Below the pieces are notes generated by a model. That model did no database searches, was not told the DNA's origin, and saw nothing but the letters and a program-made list of their open reading frames with translations. DNA of 64,000 nucleotides, taken from NCBI GenBank assembly GCA_030390025.1, contig CM059438.1, positions 86,800,001 to 86,864,000 on the forward strand, in the 5' to 3' direction. Below, in pieces: positions 36,285-49,408 of this stretch. A program made the position numbers and the translations under genes. Source of the stretch: Squalus acanthias. Lineage: Eukaryota. Numbering within the stretch: the stretch's first letter is position 1; each line of letters starts with the position of its first letter.

Positions 36285-36433
36285 GACTAAAGGGCAGAAT
36301 TCTGGATGAGAGGGGAAATCCTATTTCCAAAGCAATTGTAAACATATTTGGCAGGAGTAATCTTGTCCCATTCCAAACCAATTATTTGGGAGAATACTAC
36401 AGGCTTCTAATACCTGGGGAGTATATACTTAAG
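36285..36433 (+). CDS. CPM: CPM-like coding exon 7 (transthyretin-like domain)
   Basis: GLKGRILDERGNPISKAIVNIFGRSNLVPFQTNYLGEYYRLLIPGEYILK; 149 nt; donor AAG|GTAAGG. Confidence 0.93.
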
Positions 36434-36647
36434 GTAAGGCATGGGGGAGGTGTTGGTGTTGGTGTTAGATTTCCTACCCATTGACTATGAATGGGTTGGG
36501 AATCTACTTACATTTAGAAAACTGTCACAGCTACATAAAATATGATGATTTGTTTGTGGCGGTGATTGTGGGTATATATAGTTGTCAAGGTGGAGGAGGA
36601 GTAAGGTGCTGAGAGTAGATGGATTCATTACACACCTGAAGGTACAG

Positions 36648-37120
36648 CTGTCAGCTGTGTCTCAGTGGGTAGCACAGTTGCCTCTGAGTCAGAAGGTTGT
36701 GGGTTCAAGTCCCACTCCAGGGACTTGAGCACATAAAGCTAGGCTGACACTCCAGTGCAGTGCTGAGGGAGCGCTGCACTGTCAGAGGTGCCATCTTTCG
36801 GATGAGACGTTAAACCGAGTCTCCATCTGCTCTCTCAGGTGGACGTAAAAGATCCCATGGCACTATTTCAAAGAAGAGCAGGGGAGTTATCCCCGGTGTC
36901 CTGGCCAATATTTATCCCTCAATCAACATAACAAAAAAAAAAGATTATCTGGCCATTATCACATTGCTGTTTCTGGGAGCTTGCTGAGTGCAAATTGGCT
37001 GCCGCGTTTCCCACATTACAACAGTGACTACGCCTCAAAAAGTACTTCATTGGCTGTAAAGCACTTTGGGATGTCCGGTGGTTGTGAAAGGCGCTGTAGA
37101 AATGCAAGTCTTTTTTTTTC
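36648..37120 (+). mobile_element. Full-length tRNA-headed SINE (SacSINE1/DeuSINE type)
   Basis: A-box and B-box-like head (GGTTCAAGTCC), central domain GTGGACGTAAAAGATCCCATGGCACTATTT, L2-like tail. Confidence 0.85.
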
Positions 37121-37389
37121 AAATGAAATTCTCTTCTACATATCCTGCATAGGTACTAAAATCACAGCATCACTGCTCCTTTCAGAAATCGTGAGCCGTT
37201 TCCCTCCTGTGATCGGGAAGGAGGGGTGGGTCGGGGAAAGGAAGACCCCTTCTAATATTTTGAGAGTTTTTTTGTTTGGTTTTGTTGATGAGAGTTGATC
37301 TACTAATAGCAGGAAGACATTTAAATTATGAAGCATTAAGAGCCAATAATAATGACAATAGTACAAGTAAAGACACCCAAAAACTAGAG

Positions 37390-38305
37390 TGAGGGATATG
37401 CTGGGCCATGAGGTTACAGATTGTGGTGGAATACAATTCTGCTGCTGCTGATGGCTCACAGCGCCTCATGGATGCCCAGTTTTGAGCTGCTAGATCAGTT
37501 CTGAATCTATCCCATTCAGCACGGTGGTAGTGCCACACAACATGATGGAGGGTGTCCTCAGTGTGAAGACGGGACTTCATCTCCACAATGACTGAGCAGT
37601 GGTCACTGCTACCAATACTGTCATGGACAGATGCATCTGCGACAGGTAGATTGGTGAGGACGAGGTCAAGTAGGTTTTTCCCTCGTGTTGGTTCTCTCAT
37701 CACCTGTCGCAGGCCCAGACTGGCAGCTATGTCCTTCAGGACTCGGCCAACTCCGTCAGTAGTGGTGATACCGAGCCACTCTTGATGATGGACATTGAAG
37801 TCCCCCACCCAGAGTATATTCTGTGCCCTTGCTACTCTCAGTGCTTCTTCCAAGTGGTGTTCAACATGGAGGAGTACTGATTCATCAGCTGAGGGCGGTA
37901 GGTGGTAATCAGCAGGAGGTTTCCTTGCCCATGCTTGACCTGAAGCCATGAGACTTCATGGGGTCCGGAGTCAATGCTGAGGACTCCCAGGGCCACTCCT
38001 TCCTGACTGTATACCACTGTGCCGCCACCCCTGGTGCGTCTGTCCTGCCGGTGGGACAGGACATACCCAGGGATGGTAATGGAGGAGTTTGGGACATTGG
38101 CTGAAAGGTATGATTCTGTGAGTATGACTATGTCAGGCTGTTGTTTGACTAGTCTGTAGGACAGCGCTCCCAATTTTGACACAGGTCCCCAGATGTTGGT
38201 GAGGAGGACTTTGCAGGGTCGACTGTGCTGGGTGCGCCGTTGCCGTTGCTGTGTCCGTAGCCGGTGCCAAGGTCGATGCCAGATGGTCCGTCCGGTTTTA
38301 TTCGT
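37390..38305 (-). mobile_element. CR1-clade LINE internal fragment (APE endonuclease region)
   Basis: PDIVILTESYL, RQDR..RGGGTVVY, TTYRP, VGDFNVHH, EPTRGKNLLDLV, SDH. Confidence 0.85.
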
Positions 38306-39469
38306 TGAGGACTATTATACTCAGTTGCGTATTGTAGCTTTTTTCTGCATTATTCTCCTAATACATCCATTATATAACACTCTCAGTTTTAACATAAGCC
38401 TCCTTACTGAGTATAGTAGTTCAACGGATTACTCAACAGACCATGTGGTCTTGGTCTTTGCTACATAAAACTTTTGAGTGACGAGTTTGCAATAAGCCAC
38501 AATAATCTTGATGATCTAAGGAGGCAACTGCCCCAGGGAATAATATTTGCTTGAAAGGGCAAAGATACAGGAATTCAAATGCAATATCTGAAATATCTTT
38601 TTATGCCAAACAATAAGGAACTAGCCTATTTTTGTAATATCTACTGGTTCTCTTTCCCAGCTGTGGTGTGTTCATTAGGATCAACAGATCAGCTAGATTT
38701 TTTGAAACTTAAAATAAAAATTACATGAAATCTGTGCTTTGGTTTCTTACACTTTTATTTTGTTTCCTCTTTATATTTTAGAATTAATTATAACGTGAAA
38801 CCAGTTTTCATTATCCAATGTAATAATGTTTTAATAATTTCAAAAACAATTTTTGGGAAACAACCTGGTAACAGTTTCATTTTTAGTTTGTTTTAATCTA
38901 TCTAAGAACAATATATTGTATATTTCTAAAGGTGGGACTCCCCACCTTTCTTTCCTTGGTCTCTCCATCATGGCCCATACATAACGAACCAAGCAGGTGA
39001 CCGACTCGGACCTGTCTGCCAATAACACTGGCAGGTTGGAGATATGAGACAGAATCTTTCTGCATCAATTTCATCCCTTCCTCCAATGGGGAGTATGTAG
39101 GCCTCCACTCAGGATCTCAGGGCATGGCTGAAACTGGGGTCACCCTTGGCTGCTCTTGTATACCCCCTAACATCCAGTTATACAGTGGTACTGTGAAGTG
39201 TGTGGGAGTAGGATTCCTGCCTGTTCTTGTTTTTCAGTAAGTTATATCATGTAGGAAGGCTAAAAGGAAGAAAAATGGAAAAATAAGAGTTACTTTAAAA
39301 AACACTCGAATTGAATCCACACCGATCACGTTAAGTTCAATTAAACAAATATTTTATTTCCAAATTTTTTAAAACTGAACTTACACCACAGCTTTTGTCA
39401 GTTACTTATTTGGTGAGCACCTTGATTTTAACTACAAAAATGGGGGAGAGGGTGAGCACTGAGTTACCA

Positions 39470-39660
39470 CACCATCCTTTCTCCTCTGGGTCTTGGTTTT
39501 GAAGCCAGTCCAGACTAATGGGATGAAGGTTTTTTCTATCTGTTGGCTGTAATGGCCCTACATGAAATAAGTTTGGGCATCTCAAACCAATTTGTAGTGG
39601 GGCATGGGCCTACAGCTCCAACGTGTCTCTAAGGCACTAAATTGGCAATTTACTCAGAAG
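39470..39660 (+). repeat. LF-SINE-like ancient fragment
   Basis: Resembles the recalled LF-SINE 5' part (CCTTTC..CTCTGGG...ATCTG.TGGCTGT..TGGCC..TGAAAT.AGTT). Confidence 0.4.
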
Positions 39661-40056
39661 GGCCACAAGGAAATGAAAGGGTCAGAGAGGTGCGGTAAAG
39701 GGTGTTGTTCTGATGTTGGGGTTAAAGCACAATGTCAATGCACAGTAGAGAGTGCTTTTCTCTTCATTTATACCGAACCTCCGAGTGTTAGCCAGACTAG
39801 AAAACATTTATTTTCCAGTGCTAACATTCCTAACTTGGATGATCACAAAAAATGGAGGGGCTTCAGAATCACTAATTTTGTTTGTCATTCAAATTTAACA
39901 AGACTTTCTATTCTTAGACAGCTGTAGTTTCTGAATCCACGCATTGAGATTGGTAATTACAGAATTAACTCTATTAAGACTGATGAAATTACCTTACTGA
40001 GCAATCCTCGCTTTACTAATTTGCAGTGAATTATTATAACTCATGTCTCCCTACAG

Positions 40057-40164
40057 ATTGAAGCAGAAGGGTTTAATTCTTTGGACAAGACAGTGGACGT
40101 GTTTGACACTATAAACCACTATTCTGCTGCAGTTTGTGACTTTGTACTTCAGAGATCGAAATGA
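40057..40164 (+). CDS. CPM: CPM-like last coding exon; ends without a GPI signal
   Basis: Acceptor CTCCCTACAG; IEAEGFNSLDKTVDVFDTINHYSAAVCDFVLQRSK* aligns to recalled human [31 protein letters not shown]. Confidence 0.85.
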   Translation: MEAEGFNSLDKTVDVFDTINHYSAAVCDFVLQRSK

Positions 40165-40494
40165 AGCACTTGAAAATAGGACAATCTTTGATCTACTATA
40201 GAACATGGATTTGTATTAGTATTGACCGATTTTAAAAACTCCAGTGCTTCATAAATACTAAAATTAGAGCTGGGGCACAGTGATAAAGAAAGGAGCAAGG
40301 AAAAAAAATATTAGTAACAATACACTGAGCCTAGCAAATGTCACTTAGTATAAATATGGGTAGCATTTCTCGCTATAGAAATACACATATTTGTGTAAAC
40401 AAGCATGTGGAGAATTGTATAATCATACAGGTGAATGTAAAAAGTTTTGAGGATCTGTCTCCTCATCATTAACCTGGAACAGAATGGACATTCA

Positions 40495-40500
40495 AATAAA
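40495..40500 (+). terminator. Candidate polyadenylation signal of the CPM-like gene
   Basis: First AATAAA I found after the stop, about 330 nt downstream. Confidence 0.4.
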
Positions 40501-40944
40501 AAATGTTCAGAAAATGTTTTCAAAGTACTCACCTTTTTAATAGCACAAAATGTTAAAAGGTCAGATGGGCTTGAGTCTTTTTTGCTTAATACTGATGCTT
40601 TTTTTTGCGTGTTTTGTAAACTGTGGCATCGTATCCACTCGTGACTCCATCTAGGGCTCCTTTATCATAGTTATTGCTGAATACACTACCAGCAGCTTGT
40701 GTAAGAGACATTGATCCCTACTTTTTATTGAATATTTTGGATCAGCTAAGTCATCCATAGATTTTGAGAATATCCTAACTCATTTCTGGGCTAGAACTCT
40801 AGAATAGTTTGGTCTCCAAAGTGAGCTGAGAAAACAAAAAAGGAAAACAAGTCCATTAAAATGTCACTAGATTCACATGACAGAATGATTCCCTACTAAA
40901 ATACATTTGACTACTATATATGTTATTTTGGGAATTCCCAAGGT

Positions 40945-41397
40945 ATCATAGGAACATTAGGAACAGGAGTAGGCCATTCAGGCCCTCGGGCCTGATCCGC
41001 CATTCAATTAGATTATGGCTGATCTGTACCTCAACTCCATTTTCCCGCATTTGCTCCATATCCCTCGATACCCTTATCTCACAGAAATATCTCTATCTAA
41101 ATCTTGAAAGCTCCCATTGTTCTAGCATCCACTGCCTTTTGGAAGAGAGAGTTCCAAATTTCTACCACCCTTTGTGCGAAAAAGTGCTTCCTGATTTTGC
41201 TCCTGAATGGCCTAGCTTTAATTTTAAGATTATGTCCCCTTATTCTTGATTCCCCTACTAGAGATTCTCTGCATTTACCCTATCAAATCCTTAGACCTCA
41301 ATCAGATCACCCCCTCAATCTCCTATACTCAAGGGAATACAAGCCAAGTTTATGCAACCTGTCCTCATAATTTAACCCTCTAAGCTCTGGTATCATT
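40945..41397 (-). mobile_element. CR1 LINE 3' fragment
   Basis: Similar to 13195-13672. Confidence 0.8.
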
Positions 41398-43809
41398 CAA
41401 TGGTGTAAATCAGTTGCCCAGTATTATCCTGAACCAAGCGTAGAGCTGCCTATCACACTATCAAACCATTCCCATGAATAAGAACACCAACATTTAAGTG
41501 TAAGTGCCCATCCCTGTCTAACAGGACATATTTTTTTACTTCAATGAGCAAAAATATTCAGAGAAAATTTGAAGAAAATAAAAATCTAAAATTCAAAAAT
41601 GAAGGAACTGGTACAGTAGTGATGAGAGCCAAAGGGAGTGCTAAGAAGTTCGAATGAGAAACACGGTGTACTAGGTTAGAAAATCAAGATGCAAGTTCTT
41701 TAAGTAGGGCTACAAACTGTATCAAAACAATGGATGAATTACCAAATCATTGGAGGAATTACCCAGCCACAGGAGCTCAATGCAGCACTTCAATCAATTT
41801 TATTGAAGAGTTAGATATGTCACAGCTCCAATCCAGTGTAGAAACAACACAAAGCTATTCAATGGACCACAGCCTCCCATGTGTGTGTGAGAGGTACAAG
41901 ATGCAGCTGAACATGCCAATTAGTGGAAGCGGTAGAGACAACAGTGGAATCCATATAAAGGAAATTTTATCCATGTAAATTCTGTTTAAATAAAATATTT
42001 GAGCCTAGCCCCCAAACATAGAATCGGAGCAGTCCCTCAGCCCTAGCTTGCATCTGGACTATTCCTTTGATCTTTAATTTTTTTTGGTCAATTTTTTCTC
42101 TTTGCCCACTGACATTTCAGGAATAATGCAACAGAAGTGCGCGGTGAAAGAATATTTAAATTAAGTTTGGAGTATTGGCAGCATAAAACTTCACACTGCA
42201 GAGAAAGTAGAATTTTAGCACTATAGGGAGAAGGTAAAAAAGATAATTCAAATTGTCAGAATATCATATTGTGTCAGATGTTCCTGGAATACCCATTGTT
42301 GAACAGGAATTTTCTTGTCAATGAATATGGGATTCAAAGAGTACTGCACAAAAAGGGTTGAGAGTTTTTGGATACATGTTTCAGAGAGCAAACTTTAGTG
42401 CTGTACAATATTACTAACAAACATGTTAATGCCTTCATATTAAATTGCTTGTCCACTATTTAAAAAAAGGCACGAACCCTTTTAAAATAAATGGGTTACG
42501 GGTTTTGTCAAAATAGTGGTCAATGGAAATTTATACCAAAGTGTCAGTTAGCACGTTCGTTACTGATCACATCACAATTTCAAGATATAAGTTATTCAAA
42601 TACAGAATATGATCTATCTGCTGACATTTTAATAAGTTTGTTCATATCTGATGTTATAGTAATATCAATTTACAAAATGAGACATACACTGCTGCCTTTC
42701 ACATTTTTATTAGGGTCACCAAACAAACTAGTTAATGTCAGATACTAAGATTCCTGCAACACTTTCCTTGAAATGACAATGGAAGAGATGGTGACACTCA
42801 GGTTTCTGGGAATGGAAATTGGACACACCCATCATTTAGAAAATGCGGCTCTTTGCATTTCACATCTGTAACAGAGTGAAGGAGCTTTAGGTTAAGATGT
42901 TGTACAGATTCTACTACACATCTAACACTGTCCACAGGATAAACATGTAATCAACGTGACGCAGATGGAGGAATATACTGATATATTTTGTGGATCTATC
43001 CAACTCTCTTTCTGGGAAAAGAATTAAAGGTGCTAAACCCAAGTGAGAAGACAGAACATGTTGACTTCATGCTTTATTTGATGCTAGGATATTCTATTTC
43101 CTCTTATTAACTACTGTGCATGATGTCACTGAGTACTGCGTTGAACTCATCCTCCATGTCACTATTGAGATCACCTTTGGATTTATGTCAGGGAGGGTGA
43201 GCTCTACACAAGAAATACCAGACCTCACAGATATTTTGGATTTTCAGTAAGAAATTGCTTTTATTAGCCCAACATGTCTACATATAAAGTGTTTTGACTA
43301 AAGGGCTAGAAACACATTAGACACAAATAAATAATGAAATGAATGCTAATTTCATCTCTTGGGTTTAGTTCCTTTAATGTTTTCTACTTAAAAGAGATTA
43401 AATTTGTTTGCCTTATTGCATTAGACAAGCTCACTTGTCTAAAATTAAAAAAATATATGATCTTTCTTTCAAACATTTACTCCAAGTTATTGCAGTTCCA
43501 CAGTTGTGGTTGTGCTCCATACTCAGCTTTTAATCAACAAACTCCACCGCATGCAATCAGATTCAGGCAAACTGTCAATGACAGCATCCAGTAATCAGTT
43601 GCTCCTAAAATGAATAACCTTTGTCCTCGAATAAATTGGAAGGGCTCGTACAAAAGCTGCGTTTGGTATTACTTTTGAAAAATTAACGTCGTTCATCTTG
43701 TATCACAAAACACGTGCTACATTTATATAGCAGTACTTAAAACTAGCAAATAAGCAAAGCAGTGCAGCTGGAAGATCAGGCACCCCATAAAGGCTTTGAA
43801 AGTATAAAT

Positions 43810-44740
43810 GACCCTGGAACATGATTTAAAAGGATTGTTGGTGACTCTAACTACCTCCTGTGGCTGTAAAAGTTATCTGGAATGTTATCAACTGGGAGAA
43901 TGTAGGAGAGAGAATCAAAGCTGCCATGAAATGAATAGTATTCATTACTTTTCTGGTTGTTGGGTCTTTCCAATCACCAACAAGGGATTTCTCTGGCAGC
44001 AGACAAAGTGTCAAGTCTACTTATTTTTAAGAGGAGACCGATGCACTGTTCTGCAAGGCCTATTAGATCCATACATGTCCATAATTGTGAAGACAATCAG
44101 CAACAGTTCTACGTCACTGCTGGTGTTCACGGGGTGTTGGGTGCTACTGAATGCTTGCATTTTATAGATAGGTACCAAAAGTCAATCCAAGGAGTTTCCA
44201 GGTTGTTTGCAATGCTCACAAACCATATGCACGGTGAATGTACAATACCTGGAGTCAAGACACGATTTCTTTGTCTTTAGCCAGTCCTATGTGCTTGGGT
44301 TGTTTAAGTGGGTTAACACCAACTCCATGGCTGGTACTTCACAACTGATAGTCTAAAATAATGGCTTTATGACTCCACAATAAAACCCACAATACCAGAA
44401 AAGCACTGGCACAAGTAGGCGCACAAATCAACACAATCCATCATATAGAACACACTCGGGGGCGAGTTTCCATGCGAGTTCTCCTTGTCCACCAAAGCGA
44501 GGAAACTACGGAAAAATCTGTAAACAACCACTTGGTATTCTCTGACAGCAATTATGATGCCTTGAGCACTCTGTGGCGCTGGGGACGGGGAATGTTTCAG
44601 GATAAACCAGCCGAAGTGGAAAGAATCTTTCTGGTCTGCTGCCCACTGCACAACCCTGACACTCATACAGACCTTCACTTCGAAATCAAACGAGGAAAGG
44701 TCCTGTGCGATGGTTATGGAGGATGAAGGAATCGATTGGT
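43810..44740 (+). pseudogene. Fossil Harbinger transposase, heavily degraded
   Basis: Ordered motif remnants PVAVKVI, GSFQ, QQFYVTAGVHGVLGATECLH, MTP...AHKSTQSII and FQDKPAEVERIFLVCCPLHN match the transposase at 3283-4441. Confidence 0.75.
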
Positions 44741-46672
44741 CTGTACTATATCGAGGAAGAGCTACCGTTTGAATGGGCAGATGGAGGCTCACAACAACAC
44801 ACCTTGACCTATCTTAGTTAAGGATATCTCCCCATGTCAATGTGAGGTGAGTCATCCACTTTTCCTGCATATATAAGTACATCTATATTCCCTGCTTACA
44901 AAGCATGATATAGAGGTAGATGCAGATATCTCCCCCTTTTTATTGATCTGAAAGATCATCTATATTTTAGAATCACACCTATCACTATCCCCAGCACCTG
45001 AAAATTGTTATGGTATTCTACAATAATTTATGTTCTAATCATTGTAATTGTGCATGCCATATATATATAATATGGATATAAGTATATAAATAACTAGAGC
45101 CTCAGTGAGAAGTGCATGGGTCATATGGAAGAAAGCACATTTCTGTTTTCTTCTATAGGACACATGCACTTCTCACTGAGTCCACACTTATTTTTAAATG
45201 TGCTTATCTTCTGGGACCAAGACCACTGGTGGAAGGTGCCACATTTAAGTGGAGACATTCAATTTGGAGCTGGAATGATGTACCAGCATGCAGAGTGATC
45301 GAATAATCCTCATAGAGGGCTCCATATCTTTTAGTGGGCCTTATTTAGTTACTTGAATGAGGTTCTCCAACATCAAGGTCAGGTTGCTGACATGAGGCCC
45401 AGCACCTGGCTCTGACATACTAAGTTTGGATTTCTGGTCCTCTGGTACGGTGCCTCTGCCCCTGGATGTTAACAATCTCACTGAGGATGGATTGCTGGAT
45501 CTCCACAAATCCTGAAAACCCTCATGAGTGCAATATTTTCTCATGATCTGCCAGCTGCAACCACAGAGGTGTTTGGAGAGTTGATTTTATGTATTTTGAA
45601 TAGAGGGCCTTATGTTTCAAAATATCTGGTTCACTGATGATTTAATTGCAGATTAAATTCCTCTGCACTGTACTGCAGTGCATTCAGTGGGCAGTCCGAC
45701 ACACCGTGTTTTGGGAAGGGGGGATGGCTTTTCATCCTTCCTTATCTCTCATCAATCACACTGTGTTGGCTGGCACTGTGGATGTTCAGTTGTTGCTTCA
45801 ACCTTGAAGAATGGCTCACTAAATTCCATACCACCTGCTCATCAGTTAGCACCTCAATCCTGTGATGCCTATGACCTTGCACAAAGCTCTTTGACCACTA
45901 GCATTATCAGTGATGAGTAAGTGCTCACATCTTGGTGAATCATCACCATCGAATAGTGCAAGTGTCTCAGCATTTGGGCTGATGCCTGCTGGAGTATGCT
46001 TGGAAACATTTGTTTCAGTCTGTGGTGGTGCGGTGTGGCGTTCTGAGTGTTCTTTGGCTTCAGGTGGTCTAGGTTCATCTATGGAGAGAAGAGTATCATG
46101 TCGGTTTCACAACAGCGCCATCAATGGAACTAATGGATAGTGCCAAGAGTAATTGCATAACATAATGCATGACATCCGCATTGCTGCTGCTGTACTTTCC
46201 TATTAATGGATCTCCAATTTCTGATTGTATCAATGTTCTTGAAGGCATAACAAAATGGGGAAGGTTTTTACTACTGTCAGTAGTGGAGCCTCTCACTTCC
46301 TCCATTGATTCCAGCAAGATTAGCTACGACGTTTTGCTCTCCACCTTTGTAAGTGCTGATAGATGCTCACAACATCTCCAGTGGACTTTCTGGCATGGTG
46401 GTTGAATACAATATTTTCCTTAGCTGACATCTTCACATCATGGAAATGTCTCCCTTACTCCTTTTGTTTGTAGATATTGCAGTCTCCTCCCAGGTCTCTT
46501 TCCTGGTCTGACAATTTGGAGGATGGAGTGCAGACCGAGTTACTGCTACCACCTAGGGATTTTCCACCTCCACAATTTGGGTGACATCTGCCTTTCTGGT
46601 TTTCAGTGACATTGATGTCTGCGGTTTAATTACTGCCTGGTCACTTACAGGGGCAATGTTCCTCATTTCCTG

Positions 46673-46811
46673 TGGAGAGAGAAACAGAGCTAACATTTCC
46701 ATTGACTCTGTTTCTCTCTCCATAGAGGCTGTCTGACCTGCTGAGTATTTTCCAACATTTTCTGTTTGTATTTCAGATTTCCAGCAGTATCCGCAGTATT
46801 TTGCTTTTGTG
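46673..46811. mobile_element. Penelope pLTR fold-back stub with 12-bp TSD
   Basis: TSD CCTCATTTCCTG at 46661-46672 and 46812-46823; hairpin TGGAGAGAGAAACAGAG / CTCTGTTTCTCTCTCCA. Confidence 0.75.
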
Positions 46812-48723
46812 CCTCATTTCCTGCTTGGAAAGATGCAAAACTGATTATTGCGGCTTTGTGCTGATTGGGAGCCTTAACTTAAATTGGAAAGTTTGCCCAC
46901 AGTAGCAAGTGCTAAAGTAAAAAATGAAACAGAACTAATAATTTTCAGATTAAAGAATATTTTACTGGAAACTATTCAATCCCACCTATAATACATTTGA
47001 CGTATTGATAAAATTATCACAATCTTTTTGTAAATGTTCTCCTCAAAATGAGAGATATCAGGGCTAATGGTCCCACCTTTCCCTCTCTTTTTGCATTGTT
47101 ATTTTCTTATCTTCACACTCTTCCCTTGGAGGATAGTGTGAAGTGGTGATTGGATTCGCAGGCCGATTAACAATCTGTTAGGCCACGACGTGAACACAAT
47201 GTGAATGGCCATAGCCATTTGTATACCAGCCGGTTCTATACGGTAGGAGAGTTTTATGGGCTCCCACGACCCATGTTTACCAAACGCGAGTATCCCATTA
47301 GATACCAACCCAGAATTCAGAGCCGGAGGTCTGGTCTCCATTCGCCAGGACTGTCTGGAGCGGGGTTTGAACCCTACACCTTCTGACTCAGGTGGGAATC
47401 CTACCACTAAAGCCAAAAGCTCACTCCGCTATTTGCATTAAGTGTCTGTATCAAAGCTGGTACAGTACAAATAAGATGCAGAATAAAACTCTGCCCAAAT
47501 AATGCACCTCAATCTATACATACATACATCAACATGAATGAGACCTAACGTTTTCATTTCCCACATATCAGGCTTGGGTAAGACTACTGTTTTGTACTAT
47601 GGACACACCTCTTATAGGAAGTGGGCACATCTGCAGTGAGGCACAACACACACCAATTCTGAGATGCTATTTAAACTCTATTTGTGCCTCATGCTCCACG
47701 AAATTTTCATTTCCTTGCAATGTCTCACAGTAAGTGTTTAATACATTGAGAATGCTTGAACAAAACCAAACTACGATGCTTTTATTGACATTTATTTTGT
47801 TCCAAAAATGATTCCGTTTCAATTTGCCAATGAACTAATTAAACATAATGCAACTAATTTCTCTGAACACACATATTATAAATAGTTATCTATATATATA
47901 TATATATATTAAATATGCAAACAAGATTTTTAAGCAATGTATTTTGATGGGGTTATAGCACTAACTTCCCAACCAGGCAAACTGTCACTCAAATCCACCT
48001 GATGGCTGGGCACAATTTCATCAGTTCTCCTCTAAGCCACAAATTGGAGAGCCTTCAAGGACAGAGGCTTTTGACCTCACTCCATCATAGTTGTACCTTG
48101 TTAGTTAATCATGATTTTGCCCATATTTTGGACCACTCTAGTTGAGCTGAAAGAATTACTGTTCAAAGAAAGAGTAGTGTGTTTGGTCATTTCTATCAGA
48201 TTGGATTTGAGGAGAAACCAGTAACATTTTAAGCACAGAAGTGGATATCATTAGCAAGTCTAAACAATTGTATTTTTTCCCCTAATTTTCTTCCTTTCTT
48301 TCCCGAAAGTGGAGGGGGGGGGGGGGGGGCGGATTATGTTGGGATACTGCTTAACAGGTGTTGGCAGCCTTCTAGTGCCTCCCTCAAATGGCCATGCATG
48401 GGCCCAGAGAGTGAGTGTTAGTAGGCTATTCAAACATAAGGGCCAGCACAGCAGAGCTCAATCCTGACCTCACCCAATGTTCACAGATAGGCGCTTTCCA
48501 TCAGGGGTCACTCGATAGCAATCAGAAGCAGGGACACTGGCTAATATTTCTTCTACCGAGCTCAGTGTGGCTGAGGGCAATTGTAATAGCCCACCACCAG
48601 TATCCTGGTTGAGGTCAATTAACTCAGCTTAGTTTAAGGATTGAAGGCAGGACCTCCTTGGCCTGTATGGTTCAGTATCAATGCAGCACTACATCTGGCC
48701 ACTAAGGTGATGAGAGAGAACTA

Positions 48724-49165
48724 GGTGTCAGTCGTGGCTCAGTGGCAGCATCTTGCCTCCAAGTTAGAATGTTGTGGGTTTGAGTCACACGCTAGGGACA
48801 TTGAGCACAAAATCTAGGCTGACACTCCGGTGCAGTACTGAGGGAGGGCGGCACTGTCGGAGGTGCCATCTTTCAGATGAGACATTAAACCAAGACCTCT
48901 TGCGTGAACGTAAAAGATTCCATGGCACTATTCAAAGAAGAGCAAGGGTGGGCTCCCTGGTGTCCTGGCCAATATTTATCCCGCAACCAACATCACTAAA
49001 ATATCAGATTATCTGGTCATCATCACACATGCTGTCTGCAAATTGGTTGCTGTGTTTCCTACATTATAACAAGGACTACCCTTCAAAAGTACTGTATTGG
49101 CTGTAAAGCGCTCTGCGACGTCCTGAGGTCGTGAAGGGCGCTATATAAATGCAAGTCTTTCTGTT
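48724..49165 (+). mobile_element. SacSINE1-type SINE
   Basis: Collinear with 36648-37120. Confidence 0.8.
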
Positions 49166-49273
49166 CTTAGCGAGTGACAAAAAAATAAAGAGAACCATTA
49201 GATTACAAAGGACCTCTTTTGAAAAAAAAATTGGAAAATGTGTTGTGCAGATATCCAGTAACAACTCGTTCAG

Positions 49274-49279
49274 TTTATT
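49274..49279 (-). terminator. Candidate polyadenylation signal of SPACA9
   Basis: AATAAA on the minus strand about 130 nt after the stop. Confidence 0.4.
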
Positions 49280-49408
49280 TCTACTGCAGGCAATATTTCT
49301 CCAGATTGGAAGGGATGCAACTATTCAATAACGGCTACCGAAGGCAAGCGGAACAATAGGTAAGCTCTACCGATGGTGCTGAGTGGGACGTTTGGGTATT
49401 GCAAGGGC

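Noticed and set aside
36648-36720. tRNA gene
   Set aside because: It is the tRNA-derived head of a SINE, continuous with the SINE body and repeated elsewhere in the window
40165-49400. MDM2 3' exons or a downstream GPI-signal exon for CPM
   Set aside because: No RING or zinc-finger coding sequence and no phase-compatible hydrophobic-tail exon found by eye; RNA data could still reveal one
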